NCBI GenBank assembly: GCA_963842915.1
Contig: CAWJII010000013.1
Location: 412,079-476,078, forward strand
Reading direction: 5' to 3'
DNA from: an uncultured delta proteobacterium
Lineage (GTDB): Bacteria; Myxococcota_A; Polyangia; Polyangiales; Houyiibacteriaceae
DNA length: 64,000 bases
Below the pieces are notes generated by a model. It had not been told where the DNA came from, did not search any database, and was given only the letters and a program-made list of their open reading frames with translations. A program made the position numbers and the translations under genes. Each line of letters opens with the position of its first letter. Positions within the stretch are counted from its first letter, which is position 1. Positions 29,496-38,270 of this stretch are shown one piece after another.

Positions 29496-30595
29496 TGGAG
29501 CTTCAGACTGTCGGAACCAAGTACCAAGGGTTCATCTACCGTCGCCAGCCGCGCAACGTGTACTGGGAGACGACGATCTCTTGCGACCTCGCCTGCCAGC
29601 ACTGCCGCGCGAGCGCGATCCCGCATCGCAACCCGGACGAGCTGACCACCGAGCAGGGCAAGGCCCTGATGCGCAGCATCCAAGAGCTCGGCAGCATGCT
29701 GGTGCTCACGGGTGGAGACCCGCTCAAGCGGCCCGACATCGCCGAGCTCATCGAGTACGGACGCTCGTTGCCGATTCACGTGTCGATCACACCGAGCACG
29801 ACGCCGCTCTTGCAGCGCGAAACCGTCGAGCGCTTTCACGACCTGGGCGTCAGCGCGATGGGGGTCAGCCTCGACGGGCCGACCGCCGAGATTCACGACG
29901 CGTTTCGCAACGTGCCCGGCACCTTCGAGTACTCGATGCGCGCGCTTCAGTGGGCTCGCGAGTTCGACATTCCCGTGCAGGTGAACACGACGATTACGGC
30001 GCAAACGCTTCCGCACCTGCAGGCCATGTATGAGCTGCTCCGGGACACCGCGGCACCTCCCGTGCGCCGTTGGAGTCTTTTCTTGCTGATTCCGGTCGGC
30101 CGTGGCGCCGAGCTCAACACGCCGAGCGCCGATGATGTCGAGAAAATGTTCGAGTGGGTCTACTCGATTTCGACAGAAGCTCCTTTCCGCGTCGGCACGA
30201 CTGAGGCGCCGCACTATCGCCGGTACTGGATTCAGCGGAAGCTCGCCGAGGGCATGTCCATCGAAGACGTGCAGGCCCGCTCGCGGCAGATGTCATTCGG
30301 GATTCGCGACGGCAATGGGGTCATCTTCGTCTCGCACCTTGGCGAGGTGTACCCGGCCGGGTTCTTGCCCTACCCGCTGCTCGGCAACGTCAAGGAGCAG
30401 CCGCTTCACGAGATCTACCGCGGGTCTGAAGCGCTCCACGAGATTCAGGACCCAGTCAACTACAAGGGTCGCTGCGGACGCTGCGAGTTCAAGTTCTCTT
30501 GTGGCGGTTCGCGAGCGCGGGCCTATGCCATGACTGGCGACCCGCTCGGCGAGGATCCGCTCTGCGCGTATCAGCCCAGCGGCGAGCCTGCCTGA
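29495..30595 (+). CDS. Radical SAM/SPASM domain protein (resembles the sporadically distributed TIGR04053-type family; substrate unknown)
   Basis: CDLACQHCRAS (CxxxCxxC) near the N-terminus. The C-terminal Cys cluster GRCGRCEFKFSCGGSRARAY...DPLC is typical of SPASM/twitch domains. 366 aa. Confidence 0.88.
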   Translation: MELQTVGTKYQGFIYRRQPRNVYWETTISCDLACQHCRASAIPHRNPDELTTEQGKALMRSIQELGSMLVLTGGDPLKRPDIAELIEYGRSLPIHVSITPSTTPLLQRETVERFHDLGVSAMGVSLDGPTAEIHDAFRNVPGTFEYSMRALQWAREFDIPVQVNTTITAQTLPHLQAMYELLRDTAAPPVRRWSLFLLIPVGRGAELNTPSADDVEKMFEWVYSISTEAPFRVGTTEAPHYRRYWIQRKLAEGMSIEDVQARSRQMSFGIRDGNGVIFVSHLGEVYPAGFLPYPLLGNVKEQPLHEIYRGSEALHEIQDPVNYKGRCGRCEFKFSCGGSRARAYAMTGDPLGEDPLCAYQPSGEPA

Positions 30596-30628
30596 GCGCC
30601 TTGGCAATGTCTCGGGCCGGCTGTCTGG

Positions 30629-31753
30629 CTACTCTTTGGGAAGCCCGAGCGCACGATCTCCGATCAGGTTCATCAACAAGTTGTTGAACACGTAGACCGT
30701 GCCTTCACGGAGCTTGCGCTCGACGTGGTACTCGGATGCCAGGCCCCAACCGCCGAAGGTGGTCAGCGCTGCGCGCGTGGTTTCCCAGGCTGCTTCGGAG
30801 GCCAGAACTTTCGCCATGGCGGATCGCGGGACTGCGTCCTCTCCGCGGTCGACCATGTCGAGCACGTCCCAACGGATCATGTCGGCGGCTTCCACCTTCA
30901 TGTACGCATGGACGAGCGGGTACTGGATGCCCTGATTGACCCCGATCAACTGATCAAAGGTCTTGCGTGTTTTCGCGTAGTCGATGCTCTGATCGAGCAA
31001 GAATCGCGCGTTTCCAATCGCCTCCGAAGCCGCGAGCACCCGTCGGATCACAAAGCCCTTCATCAGGCAGGGAAGCCCGCCGCCGACCGGGCCGATTCGG
31101 GTGCTGTCCGGCACACGAAGGTCATCGATGAACAGACTGGAGGTCATGCGATTCGCCACCATGTCGATCGGGTGCAGCTCGACTTTGTCCCCGACTTCGT
31201 CGAGGTCGAGCAGGAAGGCCGTCGTGCCCTCGTCCGCGCGAGCGAGGAGAATCATGAGGCGTGTGTGCGCCGCGAAGGAGATGAGCACCTTGCCCGCATT
31301 GATCACCCAGTCGTCGCCGTCTCGCCGCGCCGTGCTCGCAAGCTCGGCCATGTTGGCTCCGCTGTCCGGCTCGGTGGCGGCAACCGTGAGAAAGCGCAGC
31401 TCGCCCGAGGCCACGCCCGGTAGATACCGCTTCTTCTGCTCCTCGGTTCCGTGAAGGACGAGGGTACGGCAGATCGCCATCTGCGCGTTGACCGACGACG
31501 CGTCACCACCAGCGCGATTGATTTCTTCGACCAGGACGGCTGCCACACGCGCACCGGCGTCGAGACCGCCGTACTGCTCGGGAATGAAGGTTCCGAAGTA
31601 GCCGGCTTCACCGATGGTATCGAAGAACTCGGTAGGGAAGCTCTTGGCCGCGTCCTGCTCGCGCCAGTAGTCGGGGCCGAAGCGCTGAAGCGCTGGGCCA
31701 AGCGCGGCACGGACTTCATCCGCCGCAGATTCCGAAGCTCGTTTGGACGCCAT
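30629..31753 (-). CDS. Acyl-CoA dehydrogenase family protein
   Basis: 374 aa with ACAD-like layout (...TEPDSGAN..., ...FGGWG..., C-terminal helical domain). Confidence 0.88.
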   Translation of the reverse strand: MASKRASESAADEVRAALGPALQRFGPDYWREQDAAKSFPTEFFDTIGEAGYFGTFIPEQYGGLDAGARVAAVLVEEINRAGGDASSVNAQMAICRTLVLHGTEEQKKRYLPGVASGELRFLTVAATEPDSGANMAELASTARRDGDDWVINAGKVLISFAAHTRLMILLARADEGTTAFLLDLDEVGDKVELHPIDMVANRMTSSLFIDDLRVPDSTRIGPVGGGLPCLMKGFVIRRVLAASEAIGNARFLLDQSIDYAKTRKTFDQLIGVNQGIQYPLVHAYMKVEAADMIRWDVLDMVDRGEDAVPRSAMAKVLASEAAWETTRAALTTFGGWGLASEYHVERKLREGTVYVFNNLLMNLIGDRALGLPKE

Positions 31754-31866
31754 TGGACTCCAGCTTTACATCGGGTCTGGGCAAACGCCAAAAGGGCGCA
31801 AGGGCAAGTGGAAGCGAGCGGCGAATACGCCCCTGGAAGCGTCGTCGGTGATGAAGAACCGGCAGC

Positions 31867-32541
31867 TCATCGGCTGGCCAAGCTATCGGTGATCAGCACG
31901 GCACGGCTCTGGGGCACCCGTCCAGCTGGGATGGTCGGATCGGCCGCGAGCAGGCGCTCGACCATCGAGGCCTTGTGGGCAGCAGAGACGATCCAGATGA
32001 TCTCCCGGGCCCGTTCCAATGCGGGATACGTGAGGGTCAGTCGGCGGTGACCTCGGTAGGGCTGGGTGAGCGCAACTTGTCGGTCGGTCACATCGAGGAT
32101 TGGATCGCCTGGAACGAGGGAAGCGGTATGGCCATCCTCGCCGAGTCCAAGATGAACGACGTCGAGCGCTTCGGGAAGTTTGGCGGCGTATTGATCGGCC
32201 GCTTCCTCGATGTTGGGTGCTTCCACTGGCATCGGATAGACAGTTGCAGGAACGCGATCGAGAAGCGCGTTCGCGAGTCCGACGAGATTGCGAGCGGGAT
32301 CGCCGGCCGGCGCCAGGCGTTCATCGACTTGATAGACGTCGACGCGGGTCCAGTCGAGTGCGGCACGAGCAAGCAATTCAAGAGCCGGCCAAGGCGTGCT
32401 GCCACCGGACAACGCCAGCGAGACCCGCGGCTTGCGCCGAAGCGCATCGTGTAGCGAGCGGCCGAGCACAGCGGCGGCGGCTTCGGGCAGAGCTGCTGCT
32501 GCGCGAACGACCTTCATCGAGTCACTGGGACCTTTTTTCAT
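31867..32541 (-). CDS. pgl: 6-phosphogluconolactonase
   Basis: ...LALSGGSTP...VDVYQVDERLAPAGDPARN... The start is trimmed to the ATG that overlaps the zwf stop (ATGA at 32538-32541). Confidence 0.9.
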   Translation of the reverse strand: MKKGPSDSMKVVRAAAALPEAAAAVLGRSLHDALRRKPRVSLALSGGSTPWPALELLARAALDWTRVDVYQVDERLAPAGDPARNLVGLANALLDRVPATVYPMPVEAPNIEEAADQYAAKLPEALDVVHLGLGEDGHTASLVPGDPILDVTDRQVALTQPYRGHRRLTLTYPALERAREIIWIVSAAHKASMVERLLAADPTIPAGRVPQSRAVLITDSLASR

Positions 32542-33914
32542 TTTGTAATCCAGCGCCAATCCGGCCCGAGCAAGGCGTCGGCCTCGCTTGGCCCCCAGCT
32601 TCCCCGTTCATACGGTACGACGGGTCGACCATCGCAGAGCGCTTGCTCGACGACCCTCCAAGCCTCCATGACACCGTCTTGGCGGGCGAACAGGCCGGGG
32701 TCACCTCGGAGCGCGTCACCGATCAAGCGGTCGTAGGCATCGCGGCCCCGCGGCCGATCGTGCTCCAGGTGCAACTCGATCGCGCGGCTTACCATTGCCG
32801 GACCGGGCTTCTTCTTCTGCATCGAGAAACTGATGCCGTCGTCGGGCTTGGTTCGGAACGTCAGTCGGTTAGGACCCGGGCGACAGTCGGCATCGGCGAA
32901 GAGCGGGCGCGGGGGCCTTGCGAACTCCACGACAGCTTCGGTGACGGTCGAAGCCAGGCCCTTGCCCGCACGAATGATCCAGGGGACCCCCGCCCAGCGC
33001 CAGGAATCGATCTCGAGTCGCAGCGCGGTGTAGGTCTCGGTATTTGAGTCCGCGACGACACCCGGCTCATCGCGGAAACCCGCATACTGTCCACGGACGA
33101 CATCATCCGGCGCCGGCGTCGCGATGGCCCTCAGGGCTTTGACTCGTTCATCGCGCAGGGCATCGGGGTCCTCGGAGACCGGTGGCTCCATGGCGAGCAA
33201 GGCCAAGACCTGCAGGAGATGATTCTGTACGACGTCGCGCACGGTGCCGACCTTGTCGTAGAACGAACCCCTGCCCTCTATTCCGAAATCCTCAGCCATG
33301 GTGATTTGAACGCCGCGCACGTAGTGGCGATTCCAAATCGGTTCCAAGACGGTGTTGGAGAAGCGGAAGATCATGAGGTTCTGGACCGCCTCTTTTCCGA
33401 GGAAGTGATCGATCCGGTACACGCGATGCTCGGGGAAATAGCGGTGAACGATGTCGTTGAGCGCCGAAGCGGTCTCCGTGTCGCGACCGAACGGCTTTTC
33501 CAAAACCAGACGCCCCCCTTGGCTGAGGCCCACCGAGGCCAAGCCTTCGACGACGTCGTTGAACAAGCCGGGAGGGATGGCGAGGTAAGATACCGCGCAG
33601 CGGCTGTCGGGGACCTTCTCGAGGATCGCGCGATAGGTGGCAGGATCTCGGTAGTTGCCGGAAACGTAGCAAAGGCGCGCTGCCAAGCGCGCGAAGACGT
33701 CTTCGTCGATGGGGCGGCCGGCGGCCTCTAGCGCCTTTTTGGCGTGAGCACGCAAGGTGTCGTCATCCCAGGCCCGGGAGGCGACCCCGACCACCGGCAT
33801 GTCCAGATGACCGGCAGCGGTCAGATCGTAGAGCGCCGAGAAGAGCTTCTTACGCGCGAGGTCACCCGTGATGCCAAAGAGGATGAGCGCGTCGGCGTAG
33901 CTCGTGTCAATCAT
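32538..33914 (-). CDS. zwf: Glucose-6-phosphate 1-dehydrogenase
   Basis: Trimmed to MIDTSYADALILFGITGDLARKKL (NADP-binding GxxGDLA). It has the RIDHFLGKE active-site motif. The ATG overlaps the gnd stop (ATGA at 33911-33914). Confidence 0.95.
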   Translation of the reverse strand: MIDTSYADALILFGITGDLARKKLFSALYDLTAAGHLDMPVVGVASRAWDDDTLRAHAKKALEAAGRPIDEDVFARLAARLCYVSGNYRDPATYRAILEKVPDSRCAVSYLAIPPGLFNDVVEGLASVGLSQGGRLVLEKPFGRDTETASALNDIVHRYFPEHRVYRIDHFLGKEAVQNLMIFRFSNTVLEPIWNRHYVRGVQITMAEDFGIEGRGSFYDKVGTVRDVVQNHLLQVLALLAMEPPVSEDPDALRDERVKALRAIATPAPDDVVRGQYAGFRDEPGVVADSNTETYTALRLEIDSWRWAGVPWIIRAGKGLASTVTEAVVEFARPPRPLFADADCRPGPNRLTFRTKPDDGISFSMQKKKPGPAMVSRAIELHLEHDRPRGRDAYDRLIGDALRGDPGLFARQDGVMEAWRVVEQALCDGRPVVPYERGSWGPSEADALLGPDWRWITK

Positions 33915-34931
33915 GTGGGGTCCGGCTTCTCGTGATGGCCGCCGAACTGCTGGCGCATTGCGGAAAGAACACGGTTGGCGAACTCGTCGCGGCCGCGGGA
34001 ATCGAAGCGGCTGTAGAGCGCAGCGCTTAGAACCGGCGCAGGAACGCCCTCTTCCACGGCGCTCAGGACCGTCCATCTCCCCTCACCGGAATCCGAAACA
34101 CGTCCGGTAAACCCGTCCATCTCGGGGTTCTCCACGAAAGCCGCGGCGGTCAGGTCGAGCAGCCAGGAGGCAACGACGCTGCCGCGTCGCCAGACTTCGG
34201 TGACCTGAGGAATGTCGAGCTCGTATTGATAGTGCTCCGGTCGCCGGAGCGGGGTGGTTTCGGCATCGACGGCGCTTTCGCCGAGGCCGACTCCTGCGTG
34301 CTTGAGGATGTTCAGGCCTTCGGCGTAAGCCGCCATCATGCCGTACTCGATGCCGTTGTGAACCATCTTCACGAAGTGGCCGGCGCCGCTTGGTCCGCAG
34401 TGGAGATAGCCATGTTCGGCAGCAAGAGGCTCGCCGTGCCTTCCCGGCGTCCGTTCGGCCGCCTGCACGCCCGGCGCAAGTGTTCGAAAGATCGGCTCGA
34501 GGCGCGCAAAGGCCTCGCGGTCGCCGCCGACCATCAGACAGAAGCCGCGGTCGAGTCCAAACACGCCGCCGCTCGTGCCCACATCGAGCAAACGAATGCC
34601 GTAGTCTGACAGGGCAGCGGAGCGCTCGAGGTCATCCTGGTAGAACGAATTGCCACCGTCGATGATGATGTCACCAGCGCCGAGAAAGGAAGCGAGCTCC
34701 TCGATGACCCGGCCGGCGAACCCGGCCGGCACCATCACCCAAATGGCTCGCGGACCGTTCAGCTTGTCGGCCAGCTCAGCAAGGCTTCCGGCACCTTCGG
34801 CACCTTCGGAAACCAGCGCCGCAACCGATGCTGGGTCGACGTCGTACACAACGGCACGGTGGCCATCGCCGAATCAGCCTGCGCACTAGGTTCGCTCCCA
34901 TTCGGCCGAGGCCGACCATTCCCAAGTCCAT
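33911..34931 (-). pseudogene. gnd: 6-phosphogluconate dehydrogenase (decarboxylating, short form), reading frame broken once near the 5' end (possible assembly error)
   Basis: The N-terminal MDLGMVGLGRMGANLVRRLI lies in ORF 34776..34979 (from ATG 34931). The remainder, from ...VYDVDPASVAALV, lies in ORF 33911..34849. The frames differ by +1 and switch near 34867-34871. Confidence 0.85.
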
Positions 34932-35019
34932 GTTGCGGTATCTCCTTGCCGGCAGTCGGAGAGTAACTGCGCTACTCAATTGGAGATAGGTCTCGCCCGT
35001 AGACGCGCAAGTGGCTGTT

Positions 35020-36315
35020 CTAGCCCGCGAACAGGTCGCGTAGAGCCTCGTAGACGTCGGGGTGGTTGGCGATGTGGACGTGGTTCATCCCCGAAAACAC
35101 GGCCCCGCTCGAGAATGGAATGCGGCGGGCCCGCTCGGGTGTCTCCCCGGAGGCGCTCGGCAAGCGAACCATCAAATCGCCGAGCAGCTGGCCGAACGGA
35201 TGCTCAGGGTCGCGCGAAATCGTGGCGGCCAGGAAATAGTAACCGACTCCGTCGACGAGCGGAACGTTGCGGCGGGCGTCGGCGAACACCTCGTCCGGGT
35301 CCCTTCCCGCCCATTCTTCGTCGACCGTGTACCCGTAGCGGAGGTCTTTGACGCCGGCGCTTCGACTGTCGAGGATCTCTGCCGGGACCTGCGCGCCGGC
35401 CGCGTCGAGCTTCTTCAAGGCAGCGGTCAGCAGGTTTACCGCCTTTTCGAGTGGCGCTCCGAGATGTGGCGAGCCGATGCAGGCCACGTGACGGAGCTGC
35501 GCGATCCATGGTTCGTCGTGCTCGCGCGCGTAGTGCGCCGCGCTCCGCGCCACCAGCCCGCCCATGCTGTGCCCGACCAGCGCGACCTCTTCGACCGGCA
35601 CCGGGTACGCGTCGAGCGCTTCGGTGATCAACTTGGCCAGCGCACGTCCGTTCTCGGAAATATGCTGGCCGGTGTTGTAACGAATGTAGATCGGTGTGAA
35701 GCCGAGGTCGTCCGCAAGCCTCGTGCCGAAAGTCACGTCGTGATCGCCGTAGTGGTGCTCCGAGGAAAGGCTCCAGAGCCACTCGGTTGCCGCCAGACTG
35801 TGCACGAAGACGCAGACCTTGTTCGTCGGGTTCGGAAACGCTGCTGCAAAGGCTTCGGCGGTCGTCGGAAGGTGCCGCCCGTGGTTGCGCAAGGTCATGC
35901 CGAGGTCGAGGGGGCTATTCTTTCGGCGAAGATAGTCGCCCCAAAAACCGTTGATCGAGGCCTGGAGGTAATCGACATACCAGGTCGCCGTTCCGGCTGC
36001 GCTCGAATGGATTGGCGTCGCCAGGTCGAAGTCCCCTGGGTCGGAGGCCTGTTCGAGCCCTGCCTCGGCCACGTCGGCGACGGCGTTTACCGTGAAGCGG
36101 CTGATGCCGTTGAGCACTCGGATCGACTCGAAGACACCGCTGGAAATCGCAGTTTGGACCCCGGTGATGAGCTTCGCCGTGCTCTTGGCGGGTTCGACGG
36201 GTGCAAATCGCCGCACCGATCGCTCGACGACCGCGTCATGCGTCCGCTCGACGAGGTTGGTGGTCTCTTCGACCAGATCGAACACCAGATCGGTAAATCC
36301 TCGTAGACGTCGCAT
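35020..36315 (-). CDS. Alpha/beta hydrolase (lipase/esterase-like, GHSMGG nucleophile elbow)
   Basis: 431 aa. It has VALVGHSMGGLVARSA and a downstream GSPHLGAP. Confidence 0.7.
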   Translation of the reverse strand: MRRLRGFTDLVFDLVEETTNLVERTHDAVVERSVRRFAPVEPAKSTAKLITGVQTAISSGVFESIRVLNGISRFTVNAVADVAEAGLEQASDPGDFDLATPIHSSAAGTATWYVDYLQASINGFWGDYLRRKNSPLDLGMTLRNHGRHLPTTAEAFAAAFPNPTNKVCVFVHSLAATEWLWSLSSEHHYGDHDVTFGTRLADDLGFTPIYIRYNTGQHISENGRALAKLITEALDAYPVPVEEVALVGHSMGGLVARSAAHYAREHDEPWIAQLRHVACIGSPHLGAPLEKAVNLLTAALKKLDAAGAQVPAEILDSRSAGVKDLRYGYTVDEEWAGRDPDEVFADARRNVPLVDGVGYYFLAATISRDPEHPFGQLLGDLMVRLPSASGETPERARRIPFSSGAVFSGMNHVHIANHPDVYEALRDLFAG

Positions 36316-36405
36316 ACTTCAGCGCGAACCCTGAACGGATCGGCCCCTGGTGTCGAGGCCAAGCAACGGCTTGAGGGATGCCCCTCAAAGTGCTCCACTA
36401 CGGCG

Positions 36406-37140
36406 ATGATGAGTCCATCGTTCCATGTTTTCGCCATGTCCCTCGGCCTGCTTCTCGCCTTGGGATGTCAAAGCAAAGGTCCCGCCCCGAAAGAAGGAAG
36501 CGGCCTGGCTGCCGAGGTCGCGACGACCGAAACCGGTGGCGCGCATCCGGGCGCTGCCAACGACCCACACGCGGGGATGGCACCGGTCGGGGATCCGCAC
36601 GCAGGACTGGACATGACGCAGAGACCGCAGACCGGTGCTCCGGTCTACGGTCAGCCCGACGCATCGGGAATGCTCGACGTCGGCGCGGTGGCATTCAAGT
36701 TGCCCGCCAAGTGGAATGCGCAGGCACCGAAGTCCGCCATGCGTCGCGCTCAGCTGAGCGCACCGGGTTCAGCGGGCCCCGCAGAGCTCATCGTCTACTT
36801 CTTCGGGCCGCAAGGCGCGGGCACCTCGCAGGAAAACATCGATCGCTGGATCGGGCAGTTCAGCAAGCCGGACGGCTCGCCGGTGTCCGACGCGAAAAAG
36901 ACCAGCAGCAAGGTGTCCGGAATCGACATCACCAAGCTCGAGGTCGAGGGTCGATACGCGGGCGGAATGAGCCCGACGGGCCAGCAACAAGCCGGGCAGC
37001 CCGATCAGCGTCTGCTCGCAGCAATTGTGAACGACCCGGCCGGTCCCTACTACTTCAAGTTCCTCGGACCTAGCGCGACGGTATCGGAGAACCGCGCGGC
37101 CTTTGACGCATTGATCGCCTCGATCGTCCCAGCGCCCTGA
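36406..37140 (+). CDS. Putative lipoprotein (function unknown)
   Basis: Lipobox LLLALGC near the N-terminus, then a Gly/Pro/His-rich linker and a globular C-terminal half. The start is uncertain; ATG 36436 is possible. Confidence 0.55.
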   Translation: MMSPSFHVFAMSLGLLLALGCQSKGPAPKEGSGLAAEVATTETGGAHPGAANDPHAGMAPVGDPHAGLDMTQRPQTGAPVYGQPDASGMLDVGAVAFKLPAKWNAQAPKSAMRRAQLSAPGSAGPAELIVYFFGPQGAGTSQENIDRWIGQFSKPDGSPVSDAKKTSSKVSGIDITKLEVEGRYAGGMSPTGQQQAGQPDQRLLAAIVNDPAGPYYFKFLGPSATVSENRAAFDALIASIVPAP

Positions 37141-37208
37141 GCGAAGCGCGCCCTGCCCCTTGGGGGCTTTCGCTCGGGGGGGTTCCCCGATAAATTGGCG
37201 CCCGAGGA

Positions 37209-38270
37209 ATGATGGAGGCCCAGGAACGACCGAGCATGGTGCGGCCCACCGACCTACGCCGCCGCTCTAGGTTCGTGCAGGTGCTGGCGTTTTCGCACTC
37301 CGCTGCCGTGTCGCCGACGCGGCGGCGACTCATGACCGTATCTACGTATTTTCTGATTTGGATCCTGCTCACGGCGCTTGCACCTCTGTGGATTCCGCTC
37401 GCGTTCGTGATCGGGCTTTTTCGGCGCTGCTCTTTCGTGATTTTGCGCCTGCTGATGTTCTTTTGGACGTACCTCGCCATCGAGATGATGGGACTAAGCG
37501 CGGCAGCAGCGATCTATCTGGTGACGCCAGGCAAGCGTGAACGGCGGGAAGATCTCTTCTTCCGTCTCCAGTGCTGGTGGGGAAGCTCGCTCTTTGCCTC
37601 GATCGCGCGCTTTCTTTCGCTCTCCGTGTCGATCGACGGCGATGAGCACGTTCTCCCAGGCCCGGTCCTGGTGTTCATTCGTCACGCGAGCATCATCGAC
37701 ACGGCCCTTCCGGTGACCTTCATCTCAAACGCAAAAGGACTCCGGCTGCGCTACGTGTTCAAGCGCGAGCTGCTCGTCGACCCCTGCATCGATGTCGCCG
37801 GGCATGCCTCGCCGAACTACTTCATCGACCGCGGCGGCAGCGTTCATGAAGAGCTGGCCGGCGTACGAAAGCTCGCGGAGAACCTCGGCGACCAAGGCGT
37901 CTTGCTCTACCCCGAAGGCACTCGCTTCACCAAGCGGAAGCAAGGAATTGCTCTCGAGCGGCTTGCCAGGACGCACCCAGAGCTCGCGGAGCTCGCCGCG
38001 ACGTTCAAGCACTGCCTCCCACCCAAGCTCGGCGGCGCGCTCGGCCTACTCGACACCGCCCCCGATGCCGATGTGCTCATCGTCGCGCATCGCGGGCTCG
38101 AAGGCCTTGCGAACGCGACTGACTTGCTCAGCGGCACCGTGGTCGGCGCGAAGATTCAGGTTCGAATCTGGCGTGTCAGTGCCGACGCGATCCCGTCCGG
38201 TGAAGGGCGGCGGCGTTGGCTTTTTGATTGGTGGAAGCGCGTCGACGACTTCGTTGACGCGGCGGGTTGA
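37209..38270 (+). CDS. Lysophospholipid (1-acyl-sn-glycerol-3-phosphate-type) acyltransferase family protein
   Basis: N-terminal TM segments. Acyltransferase motif I is FIRHASIIDT (HxxxxD) and motif III is LYPEGTRF. Confidence 0.75.
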   Translation: MMEAQERPSMVRPTDLRRRSRFVQVLAFSHSAAVSPTRRRLMTVSTYFLIWILLTALAPLWIPLAFVIGLFRRCSFVILRLLMFFWTYLAIEMMGLSAAAAIYLVTPGKRERREDLFFRLQCWWGSSLFASIARFLSLSVSIDGDEHVLPGPVLVFIRHASIIDTALPVTFISNAKGLRLRYVFKRELLVDPCIDVAGHASPNYFIDRGGSVHEELAGVRKLAENLGDQGVLLYPEGTRFTKRKQGIALERLARTHPELAELAATFKHCLPPKLGGALGLLDTAPDADVLIVAHRGLEGLANATDLLSGTVVGAKIQVRIWRVSADAIPSGEGRRRWLFDWWKRVDDFVDAAG

